The translations under genes were made by a program, and so were the position numbers. A stretch of 64,000 nt of DNA from Balanoglossus misakiensis (lineage: Eukaryota; Animalia; Hemichordata), in assembly GCA_040954595.2 (NCBI GenBank), contig CM082590.2:6448001-6512000 (forward strand), given 5' to 3'. Positions 24,562 to 35,348 of this stretch are shown in pieces. Positions within the stretch are counted from its first letter, which is position 1; each line of letters opens with the position of its first letter. The notes below the pieces were generated by a model. That model was not told the origin of the DNA and searched no databases. It worked only from the letters and a program-made list of their open reading frames with translations.

Positions 24562-25411
24562 AGGGACAAAGTCTCTCTCTCTCTCTCGTTGCCACTTTTC
24601 CATCAATAATGTTTGATACAAGACACCCTTTATGTTATTCTACATGTGTATATATTTAATTTATTAAATCAACGTTCAACCACACACAAATTCCATCCCA
24701 CTTGTAGACACGACAGTGAAAAACTCACCAAAATGAATAATCGGTGTTTACTATTTATTCATTTTGGCAAGATTTTTACTCTCATATCTTACAAACGGGA
24801 TTGAAGTTGTGTGTGGTCGAACGTTGATTCACTATATATCCACATGTAGATTAACATAAACAGGGTCTTGTATCAAACATAATTAATGTAATGGAAAAGG
24901 GGCAGCGGGAGAGAGACTTTGTCCTGGGAGGTGTGTGTGGTCGAACGTGGATTCACTATATATCCATATGTAGAATAACAGAAACAGTGTCTTGTATCAA
25001 GCACAATTAATGGAAAAAGGGCAGCGAGAGAGAGACTTTGTCCTGGGAGGTGTGTGTGGTCGAACGTGGATTCACTATATATCCATAATTATGTAGAATA
25101 ACAGAAACAGTGTCTTGTATCAAGCACAATTAATGGAAAAGGGGCAGCGGGAGAGAGACTTTGTCCTGGGAGGTGTGTGTGGTCGAACGTGGATTCACTA
25201 TATATCCATATGTAGAATAACATAAACGGTGTCTTGTATCAAGCACAATTAATGGAAAAGGGGCAGCGAGAGAGAGACTTTGTCCTGGGAGGTGTGTGTG
25301 GTCGAACGTGGATTCACTATATATCCATATGTAGAATAACAGAAACAGTGTCTTGTATCAAAAATAATGAATGAAAAAAGGCAGCAAAAGAGAGAGAGAG
25401 ACCTTGTCCCT
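24562..25411. repeat. MITE family A copy with right arm amplified ~5x (119-bp units)
   Basis: TTAA at both ends; same unit junction as the array at 17940-18768. Confidence 0.88.
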
Positions 25412-25802
25412 TTAACCGTTTCAAGACACAGAAATCTAATACTCACCAGGGGTGGGTTCTTATGTCTAAAACATCGGACCCATTTTTTCGTGTCTCGGGC
25501 TCCAGCTCAACTATATACAGGTACATGTAACCAAACTCCATCAGCATCGATTGCATAACAAGACTATCCATACAGCAGTGGAAAATATGCATTTAGCTGA
25601 AAACAACTTTTAATGGAGAAAACCAACACATGAAACGCCATCGAAAAAAAATAGAAATTGAAATGACCAATGGCATGTGACTACGTGTTTTAGATAATGC
25701 TATTGTTTCCCACAAATATTTCCATAGATATCAATATTTGTTACTTTTCAACTCAATCTGAGGCATGCAACACTTCTGTTTTGCATTTTTTGTGTTATGC
25801 GA

Positions 25803-26130
25803 AATCAATCAATCAATCAATCAATCAATCAACAAATTGATATGGCGCGAAAATCCAGAAGTTCTGTTCAGTGGCGCCCGATGGTTGTTCACACACCGTG
25901 GGCTTTTTTAAGCAAATATGTCTTCAGTTTTCTCTTAAAAGGGTCAAGACTGGGTGCTAGTCGAATGTCATTAGACAGTAAGTTCCAGAGCTTTGGAGCA
26001 GCATAAGAAAATGTACGTTCTCCATAGTTTTAGTTGACTTGCTTGCACTGTGTTATTGTCAGAAAGTTCTTTAAGTGAGATCTTAAGCTGCGAGAAGGGG
26101 TATATCGATTAACCATGTAAGAAGCAAGAT
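25803..26130 (-). mobile_element. 3' fragment of a CR1/L2-group LINE with (ATTG)n tail
   Basis: Minus-strand translation NYGERTFSYAAPKLWNLLSNDIRLAPSLDPFKRKLKTYLL is a typical ORF2 C-terminus; AATC microsatellite at its 3' end. Confidence 0.75.
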
Positions 26131-26540
26131 CTTGCAATCAATCCCGGCACAAATTGGTAACCAGAACCGCTGCTGGTAGAGAATCTAAGCTAAAAGTTTT
26201 TGTGAAAAAAAAGAAGTTGGTTATGTTACTCCGTTGTCGCGTTATTGATTTACAGCATACAGAGCTGAGTACTGCTTTTGTTTTGCGTTCGTGTGTGTTA
26301 CCGTTTTGTGTAGGCGGTTGAAACTATAAACTGTTCTCTTATGTAGGAATATCGCAGTCGAAGCCATGAGAGTGATACGTTGACAGCTTAGGGGTTCATG
26401 AATAATAATTAATCAGGTGGTGCCTTTGTTGCACCGTTTGTACATAAGAAGTTCTGTTGCCATCGTCCCAGTAGTTCGCGCGCTTCTGCACTGAAAACAA
26501 CTTCCAAAAACACCGTTGGTTGTGACACTGAATCTGAAAA

Positions 26541-29500
26541 ATGGGGTAGGTTTCAAAATTCAGTCGTTTTACTTGTTTTACTCTGGTATTTTTTTGTGCT
26601 ATTTAGTATCGCCGTGTTGGCTTAGATGCTTGCTTATTTGTCATTTATTGCTTTAGATGAACTTTGAACACCTTTCTGCACTGGTAGCTGACCGTCCTGA
26701 CTCATGGTACATAAAAGCATTTTCACCAGTCCAATTTTCATCAGCCTATTCACTGTTTATAAATCTGCAAGTTTTAAGAAACTCGTTTATGTGTTCCTGG
26801 TCCAGTTTACAAATGTATTTCAAAGTTTAAATGTGATCTCATTTTCTAACTTCCTTTTGCTGAGGGGCTCTACAGTACATAAGCAACATCCGAATACATC
26901 ACTGGTTGTAACAGTGGAGCTGAAAATGGCGTCTTGTATCAAACATAATTAATGGAAAAAGGGCCAGCGAGAGAGAGACTTTGTCCCTTTAATGTGTAAA
27001 AAGGACCTTTCCTAGCTCCAATGAGAACAGGCACATCCCATGGAAGGCGAAAAACGCCTCCGTCGTGTGCTGCAGTTTGGTATACACAACTGCTTTTCGA
27101 GCTGGAGCGCAGTGCACTACTAGGCTTATATGGCTTAATCAGAGATATTTCTTTCCATAGATGCAAATTGGAAGATATCTTGTTAGTGGTGGCGTTAGTC
27201 GTCGCGATGGCTACTATCAAAACAGAAGCTGGTGAGTTGTTGTTGTTTTTTTAATTCTATTACACAATAGTGTTATCAAGGAATTTAAACATAAATGGTT
27301 GGTTTTATATTTATAGAGTCGCTACTAATTATATTCACTACTATTTTTAATATTTTAATGTAAATATATTTTTGCATCCTCTGGTGAAAAAAATCTGGTT
27401 GAAGTGAATACAAATCAGACATCCTACCAGGAATGGATTTTTACAGAAATGATGATTAAAGGAACAAAGTCTCTCTCGCTGCCCTTTTTCCATTTATGTT
27501 TGATACAATACACCGTTTATATGTTATTCTACATGTGGATATATAGTGAATCAACGTTCGACCACACACAACTTCCATCCCGCTTGTAGGATTTAAGAGT
27601 GAAAAAAACTCCCCAAAATGAATAATCGTTCTCTGAGTTTTTACTCTCATAATTATCATAGTGTTATCACTGTACTTTATAGCCATAGGTGCGGCTGCTG
27701 GAAGTTTCACAGCAACATCCCCTGCGACTTACACCATCGACACAGCCACGCCGGTCGACTTCACCTTCTCCATCGGATTGACCAATGACGATGCTGTAAA
27801 CGACGCTACCTGCGCCGCCGTCTATGTTTACCTGTCGAATGATACATCACTGTCCACAAAGTCGACTGCCTTCATGGTCCATGCACCTGTGGGTGAAACA
27901 TTTCCGATCACCGTCCTCGCCTCGGCCACTGGAGATTCTCTTACCACTGGTTTGACAGCGAGTGTGATTGCTGACATGGCACAGTGCGCATCCTACGCGT
28001 ATTTGTGTGTTCATCTGACGCCGGACAACGCCGTAGACTGTTTTGATATACGTACCAGTATTTCATGTCCAGGTAAACAAATAGTTTTCAGTTTTCAAAA
28101 AAAAATAATTCAATATCTTGCAGATTTCTCACTGGTTAAGATGGGTCCCTAGGATCTTTTTGCCCGTTGCTATGGGCCTTTATAGGACATTACACCCCGA
28201 TTTGGACTAAGCCGTTTTCAGAGTCTAACAAGGGGCTGGTAACTAGTTAAAAATACGCACGATTGTGAGCGCGCGCCCCCTGACGCCATTGATATGCAAA
28301 TTAGTTAGGTCAAATTTCAAAAGCCTAAGGCTTTTTATTCGGTGACCTCAAAAACGAACTTGATACGTATTCATTAGTTGCTTGAACCAGGGAAGATCGT
28401 GACGGATTTTGTTTTCGAATATTATCGTTGTATCCTACGATTTCAGCATACCCGTACCACACCTGAAAAAGTCATCGATTTTGGGTGTTTTTGGACGCAC
28501 TCTTCCACTGGTATCGCTTCTTAGCACGACGAAAACCGAAAAAACGATCCGTCACACTATGCGGAAGTGCGTTCTCAACAAGCAGGTCAAATTTGGCTGG
28601 CCTACGTCGCCTGTGAAAAAAGCCTTAGGGATTTTCGTGAACGGTACAAAATCTCTGTGTACAAAACATTGGATTTTTAGCGTTCGATCCAGTTACTGTG
28701 GTTACAGGACGCGCACGCTATCGCTGACCGCTGCTTTGCCGTATTAGCGTGGCGGCCTATGGCCGGGCGGTAGCTGCCGTAAACATACTCAGACAGGGGG
28801 TGTGCACACAATCGTGTGTATTTTTAACTAGTTACAAGCCCCTTGTCGGACGTTCATAACGGTTTCGATCAAAATTGAGTGTAGTGTCCTATAAAGGCCC
28901 ATAGCAACGAGCAAAAAGATCCTAGGGACCCATCTTAACTGTGAGAATTAAATTTCTCGCAGATGCAGAGCGAGAATTAAACGTTCATTCTCGCTAACCT
29001 ATTGCAAGGAAGATTTTGTTCTTGCATGGTTCTCGCGGAACAGAAAGAAAGTGTCCGTTCCTCGCTTTTTTCTCGCAAAATGCTGTTACTAGTAAAGCCA
29101 AAGATCTATACAGAACACAGCAACATTGGTTATTCGCAACCGTTCGGTATATACACTTGAGGACGTACGTTCAGTAAAATTGAATGTATTGTCATTTTTT
29201 TTAATTGTGGATTTTTTTTATTCTCCTTTGTATGTATAATGAAAATCCGTAATAAAATATAGGGGTCACCAAGCTTGTTTATGAAATACAGGGCCATGAA
29301 TTTGGTCGATAATAGAAGAAGAAATCTGCTGACTCAGCATTTTTCACCAATGGTTTGTCTATGGGCAAATTTTTTAACGCAATTTATCTCAAAATAGAGC
29401 GCGGTGACCCCTATATTTTATTTGACCAATGAATTTATATTTGCTGGACTGAGCTATTTGTAAAATTTCGTGAAAATGACAATAGTAGAAGTTTGTTTTC

Positions 29501-32161
29501 TAGCAATTTTCAATGTAATCCTATGGGAAAAAGACCGGGCGCGCGCAGTTTCCGGTTTATGTTCTGCGCGTACATCCTTAAATTTGCATATTTAATCATG
29601 ATAATACCGGTCAGCACTTTACTTCACAGCTGTTGGTATTAAGACAGATAGTTTCACCGCAACCGCCCAAGCAAATTACATCATCAACACACAGACGGCA
29701 GTAGACTGCGCGTACATCCTTAAATTTGCATATTTAATCATGATAATACCGGTCAGCACTTTACTTCACAGCTGTTGGTATTAAGACAGATAGTTTCACC
29801 GCAACCGCCCAAGCAAATTACATCATCAACACACAGACGGCAGTAGACTGCGCGTACATCCTTAAATTTGCATATTTAATCATGATAATACCGGTCAGCA
29901 CTTTACTTCACAGCTGTTGGTATTAAGACAGATAGTTTCACCGCAACCGCCCCAGCAAATTTCATCATCAACACACAGACGGTAGTAAACTTCACCTTCT
30001 CCGTCGGTCTGACCACTAACGCCACAAGTGCTGTCCAGTGCTCTGCCATCAGCGTGTTCCTGACTACACACAAATCACTGAACACAAGGTCAAGTACATT
30101 CGCCGTCGCTGGAGCATTTCCGATTAGCGTCGCCGCCTTGGCTGATGGAAGTACTCTCACTACTGATTTGACAGCGAGTGTGATTGCGGACGTGGCACAG
30201 TGCGCATCGTACCAGTTTCTTTGTGCTGAGGTTACCCCGGGCGGCGCCATTGGGTGTTTCTTCACGGGGTCAAACCTCTTTTGTCCACGTAAGCATATCA
30301 TCATCACCGTCATCGCTGTCGTTGTATTGTTTGACGTTTTTATACTATGACGTTGTTTATACTTATAAGCCTAAAACAACATCTCTATTTTGTCTGTCTA
30401 CTGTAAAACACTTTATTTCGCGAGTTGAAATTTTCGCGATATCGAGAGAGGCAACTGTTTCGCGAGTATTAATTTTCGCGGTCTCTTATTTCATTCACTG
30501 CATCGTTATCTTCAAAAAAAATTTACGCGAATTTATTTTCACGCTATTTTGGCTCTCGCGTATTTCGCGAAAATTTATTGCTCGCGAAAATAAACTGTTT
30601 TACAGTATCTGTCTATCCATGCTGCAGGTATAGTTATCTTTTCAGTTAAGAAAATTGTATCTTTCAGTTGAATCTGTAAATGAACAGTTAAAGGGACAAA
30701 GTCTCTCTCTCGCTGCCCTTTTTCCATTAATTATGTTTGATACATCGTTGATGTTATTCTACATGTGGATGTATAGTGACTCAACGTTCGACCACACACA
30801 ACTTCCAACCCATTTGTAGGATAGGAGAGTAAAAATCTCACCAAAATGAATAAATGGTGAACACCGATTATTCATTTTGGCGAGTTTTTCACCCTCATGT
30901 CTACAAGTGGGATGGAAGGTGTGTGTGGTCGAACGTTGATTCACTATATATCCACATGTAGAATAACATAAACAGTGTCTTGTATCAAACATAATTAATG
31001 GAAAAAGGGCAGCGAGAGAGAGACTTTGTCCCTTTAATAACCTTGTATATCAGATAATAACGGTCGGAAATGTCCTTCACAGTTGGAATTAAGGGTCATA
31101 GTTTTACTGCTACTGCACCTCCAACGTACACCATCAACACAAACACCGCTGTCGACTTCAACTTTTCCATCGGATTGACCAATCGCTACCAACGTGGCCT
31201 GTATTGCTATAGTATCAATGTGTACCTGTCTGACGATACAAAACTGACCACTAAGTCGAGTGTCTTCCCGGTCGGCCCAGCCTCATCATTTCCAGTCGGT
31301 GTCCACGCCTCGGCTGATGGGAGTATTGCTACAACTGGTTTGACTGCAAGCGTGGTTGCTGATTGGAAACAGTGTGGATCGTATGCGTTCCTATGTGCAG
31401 AAGTGTACCCGGGCGTCGACATAGACTGTTTTTGCCTACCGTCCATTTCTTGTCCAGGTAAAAAGCTTCTATTGGCCAGAGAGAAAAAAAATCTTGTTCA
31501 TCGGATTTTTTGGACTATGTTCCAGGAGCGGCGAGCGAATATTTGTATTTATTTTTTTTTTGTTTAGGCCGGCTGAAGGTAAATGCATATTTGCACAGAT
31601 GCAGACAAGGCGAGATAATTGTTTCCCTTTTTACCAGAAATATCTCAGACAAAAACACTGATACCTGTACTTGTAACTGAATTCAATACTATATTTCCCA
31701 ACAATAACATAGGCAATTAACTTTACAGTTGGTGTTTGCATAACATATTCTGGCCACCAGCGGTAGTGACTAAGAATTTTGTAACACGAAATTGGCGCAT
31801 AAAAAAAAGCAGCAGGGCAAAATGAACAAACCCCTGTGCAGCCATCTTGTCAACTGCATGCTGGGAAAAATATCCGGATGATGACGAAAGACGTGTTGGG
31901 GTTCCGTGCAGTGCTAGGGGGTCCCGTAACTAGGGAGTCGTGTTAGAAACTAAAGAGAAGACTACCTATGCTGTAAACATGTTCACCTATAAATTCAAAC
32001 TTAGCGAAAAGTGACAGCTAATGAAGTTTTAAAGAGGATGTGATCATGTTACAATGCTTACGTTTTTTTTTTCTCCAGGTTCTACCGGACACGTGACAGT
32101 CACATCCCTGATTGTATTCTTTATCACCATCGCAACCACTTTCTTGTGCATTTTGAAGTAG
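26541..32161 (+). CDS. Gene 3: GPI-anchored protein with three Cys/Thr-rich Ig-like domains
   Basis: Exons 26541-26545 (ATG GG), 27161-27231 (CKLEDILLVVALVVAMATIKTEA), 27683-28072, 29914-30288, 31083-31457 (each SFTAT.P..Y/F.I.T...V.F.FS.GLT...C....V.L...LTASV.AD..QC.SY..LC....P.....CF......CP), 32079-32161 (GSTGHVTVTSLIVFFITIATTFLCILK*). Confidence 0.82.
27460..27650. mobile_element. Partial MITE family A copy
   Basis: ttaa AGGAACAAAGTCTCTCTCGCTGCCC... left arm and centre only. Confidence 0.7.
28140..28934. mobile_element. TTAA-flanked non-autonomous DNA transposon with ~130-bp TIRs (Kolobok-like)
   Basis: ttaa GATGGGTCCCTAGGATCTTTTTGC ... GCAAAAAGATCCTAGGGACCCATC ttaa. Confidence 0.85.
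29564..29990 (+). repeat. 142-bp tandem triplication spanning a splice acceptor and exon start of gene 3
   Basis: CTGCGCGTACATCCTT at 29564, 29706, 29848; acceptor TTCACAG| before 29630, 29772, 29914. Confidence 0.92.
30401..30605. mobile_element. TA-flanked MITE (Tc1/mariner-like)
   Basis: ta CTGTAAAACACTTTATTTCGCGAG ... CTCGCGAAAATAAACTGTTTTACAG ta; internal TTTCGCG repeats. Confidence 0.75.
30692..31033. mobile_element. Full palindromic MITE family A, TTAA TSD
   Basis: ttaa AGGGACAAAG ... CTTTGTCCCT ttaa. Confidence 0.85.
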
Positions 32162-32224
32162 ACGTTCAGGTATCCAGCCTTTAGAGTAAGTGCTATAACA
32201 CGTCGTTGATTTCAAACAGTGCAT

Positions 32225-32658
32225 GAGAATAACATAAACAGTGTTTTGTATCAAACATAATTAATAGAAAAAGGGCAGCGAGAGAGAGACTTTGTCCTGG
32301 GAGGTGTGTGTGGTTGAACGTTGATTCACTATATATCCACATGTAGAATAACATAAACAGTGTCTTGTATCAAATATAATTAATGGGAAAAGGGGCAGCG
32401 AGAGAGAGACTTTGTCCTGGGAGGTGTGTGTGGTTGAACATTGATTCATTATATATCCACATGTACAATAACATAAACGGTGTCTTGTATCAAACATAAT
32501 TAATAGAAAAAGGGCAGCGAGAGAGAGACTTTGTCCTGGGAGGTGTGTGTGGTTGAACGTTGATTCACTATATATCCACATGTAGAATAACATAAACAGT
32601 GTCTTGTATCAAATATAATTAATGGGAAAAGGGGCAGCGAGAGAGAGACTTTGTCCCT
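32225..32658. repeat. ~3.6 tandem 119-120-bp units of the MITE A arm, just downstream of the gene 3 stop
   Basis: Same unit and junction as the other two arrays. Confidence 0.85.
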
Positions 32659-33082
32659 TTAACTCATTTTTTATTGGCTGTAATTAGCACAGTGAATTCT
32701 ACTCTCTTTATTCACAGATATCAACAGGCTGCCTGCGGATTGGTGTTATTTGTTCAACGAGTGAAATGAGGAACTGACGCCGTGTTGAATTTGCAGATGT
32801 TACAAATTGTTAATTGTTTGCATGTAATTTGGTTTGTTCTGTGTCCGTTATAGTGGTATTCAAATCTATTTAATCAATGTGTTATATATACTGTACAGTG
32901 AAAAGTAACGCTGCATCCAGAAATACCTTAAGTGAGGTTGGCATCTTTTGAGAGAAAGACTGTCTTAAATAACCATACCCAATTTTATATCAAGTTTGTA
33001 GACTGTTTTGTAGTGGTTTACCTGTACTTGTATCTGTGTAATTTTTAAATCAATAATTTCCACAGTGCACTGCTGTAGCAGT

Positions 33083-33128
33083 TTTTACCTGACGAAGACT
33101 GGTTGTGTGTTGTCGAAACGTTGTGTAA
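33083..33128 (+). ncRNA. Minimal type I hammerhead ribozyme-like motif (Penelope-like element end)
   Basis: TTAC-CTGACGA-A-GAC[loop]GTC-GAAAC-GTT-GTGTAA: CUGANGA and GAAA boxes, short stem II, palindromic minimal stem III; followed by AATAAA and an ATT tail. Confidence 0.5.
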
Positions 33129-33867
33129 TAAAGATCTTATTATTACTAGCACTGGGTGAGCGACCTCATCTGACACCTACGCATGTGGACTATTTTGGTC
33201 TGGCTATTGTTCTTCTCCTTTGTATTGTTTTGTATGTCTGCACTATACCGGTCATTTCTCAAGGCCGTGTTGCTCATTCATTCTACGAGTCACCTAGACT
33301 AGCCTACTAGTCGCTTGGTGATTTTTAAATCTCAATACTTTATGTGTTTTCGGTGGGTTTTTTTGCCTTAATAAATAATTGCAATACTTTTTGCGTGCAT
33401 GCTTGCCTTGAGCGTGTTTTTGGTAGTGAGGCGAGTTTCGAATTTGGGACTGAGCTTGTGGTTTCGGGTAGCGTCGACCAAGCTGACACGCTCCCCACAC
33501 AGCCCATTGAGTTGGAGCAAGTCTACGGAGTCACCGTGTATACAACTACTGCCTATTGTTCGGTGAACTTTGTTTGTTGCATGTCATGTGCTTCTTTTGT
33601 GTACGAGTTTTCATTACAACTGGCCATGATCGTGTGATAATTCACATGTGGCTTGGGGGCCAGAGGCATTGTTTTCGGCACCGCGCGGTCAAGTGAGCAG
33701 GATCTGAAAGACTTACCAGACTGGTCGCTGACTGCATTGCGGCAAAACAAGCTGTTTGTAAGCTGGTAAGTTTGTAAATCACTCGCTTTGAAAGTCTATA
33801 CAGCATTCCATTTGGATATATGGTAATCACTTGGCAATCATGCCAGCAAAAGACACCTGGTGGTATT

Positions 33868-34337
33868 GGTAACAGGTCACTTCGACCCCTGGCCATTTAG
33901 ACCCCAGTGATTCACACGTCGTTGTGGTCACCTCTACCCCTGTGGCCAAGTCACTTCGATCCCTATGTCTGATTATTTCATAGGTCTGTAACAACACTTA
34001 GGAACGATATTTGCCTCTGAATAACAGTCACTTGACCGGTAAATATGTGTTCCTGTAATGCGTACTATTCACGGTAAAGCTGCGAGAACTTGTGATTCGC
34101 TACCCAATCTCACGATTCTCTACCCTATCTCTATCTATTGATTTACGTTTGGGGTGTCATTTTTTAACTTCACACACAAAAATCGCCTGTGTAGTGCCTC
34201 ACACCGGAGCCCTGGAAAACTCCTGATAACACATTCACGCCACTAAGTTTGTCTCCTTACCGAATGAATTTATAGGGGTCGAAGTGACTTTAGGTGTCGG
34301 GGGTCGGAACGGCCAGGGGTCGAAGTGACTAAAAACC
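33868..34337. mobile_element. Non-autonomous TIR element, GG..CC ends, 8-bp TSD GTGGTATT, subterminal GTCACTTCGACCCC repeats
   Basis: Repeats are direct at the left end and inverted at the right; TSD at 33860-33867 and 34338-34345. Confidence 0.75.
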
Positions 34338-34544
34338 GTGGTATTTATTTAGAGCTTGTGTTCATTGGCGTTCAAAATGGAAGAACATTTCATAGTTAAT
34401 TTACCGTGAAGTTATGTATTTGTTTAATACTTTGAAACAGAAATTCGACATTTACACCACGATCTTGGAAAGCTCAACGTAGGGTTCGCAGTTACAGAAG
34501 TATTCGGGTCAGTTCAAAAGGGAATGTTAGTGAATGTGTCTTAA

Positions 34545-34731
34545 AGGTATACGGTCACCTCCAATTTACATACGCCCATATATAGCTGAAATGGCGTATT
34601 TGAATGTTCTATAAAAGAACGTATGGTGGCACTCTGTTTTCGCGTGTGCCACCCACTGAAAATCAGCGATTGGCTAGATCCCAATTTACCATTGTAACTA
34701 TAGCTAATTTTCCATAGGTGACCGGGTACCT
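34545..34731. mobile_element. Short TTAA-flanked MITE
   Basis: ttaa AGGTATACGGTCACCT ... AGGTGACCGGGTACCT ttaa. Confidence 0.65.
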
Positions 34732-35348
34732 TTAAATTGGTAGAATATCCATTGTTCGTGTCGACTGCACGGTTTGATATAAATAGATTTCGTTTATTCT
34801 CGGACTCTTCTTTGTTTGCGAAACATGAGCAATGCATACGCTTGTCGTTAACACGAAATATTAGGCTACTTGGTTGGTTTTGTGAAAAACAATTTGTTTT
34901 GGTTGTCTGCGGTTGAAACCTCAATTCTATAGGTGGTGGTCGCTCTCTCTTTGGGCAAGTACAAGTGAGTTACATAATTATGTACCAGTATGTGGGTCGT
35001 CGTTCATTGACATTGTTAGCTGACATTGTTTGGTCGTTGTGACTTAATTGGCGGATACGACCATGCCCCTGGGCGATGCCATTATTTGTTTGGGGGAGAG
35101 GGGTGGGATATGAGGGTGAGGGTCATTGGCGCGAGTGTGAACGAAGGTTGTCTTGGCTTACCCCCTTTCCATGCGAATATTCACCTGGAGCGAGTGATTC
35201 AAAATAAAACATAATTCAAGAAAATTCATGATAGATTTTTATCCACTGGCATTATTTTGTCTTTTTTTCACTTAATATAGATTAACGTACATGTATAGAC
35301 CGACTTTTTCTTTGCGTTGTGGTTGGACTATTCACACTGAAAAGCATC

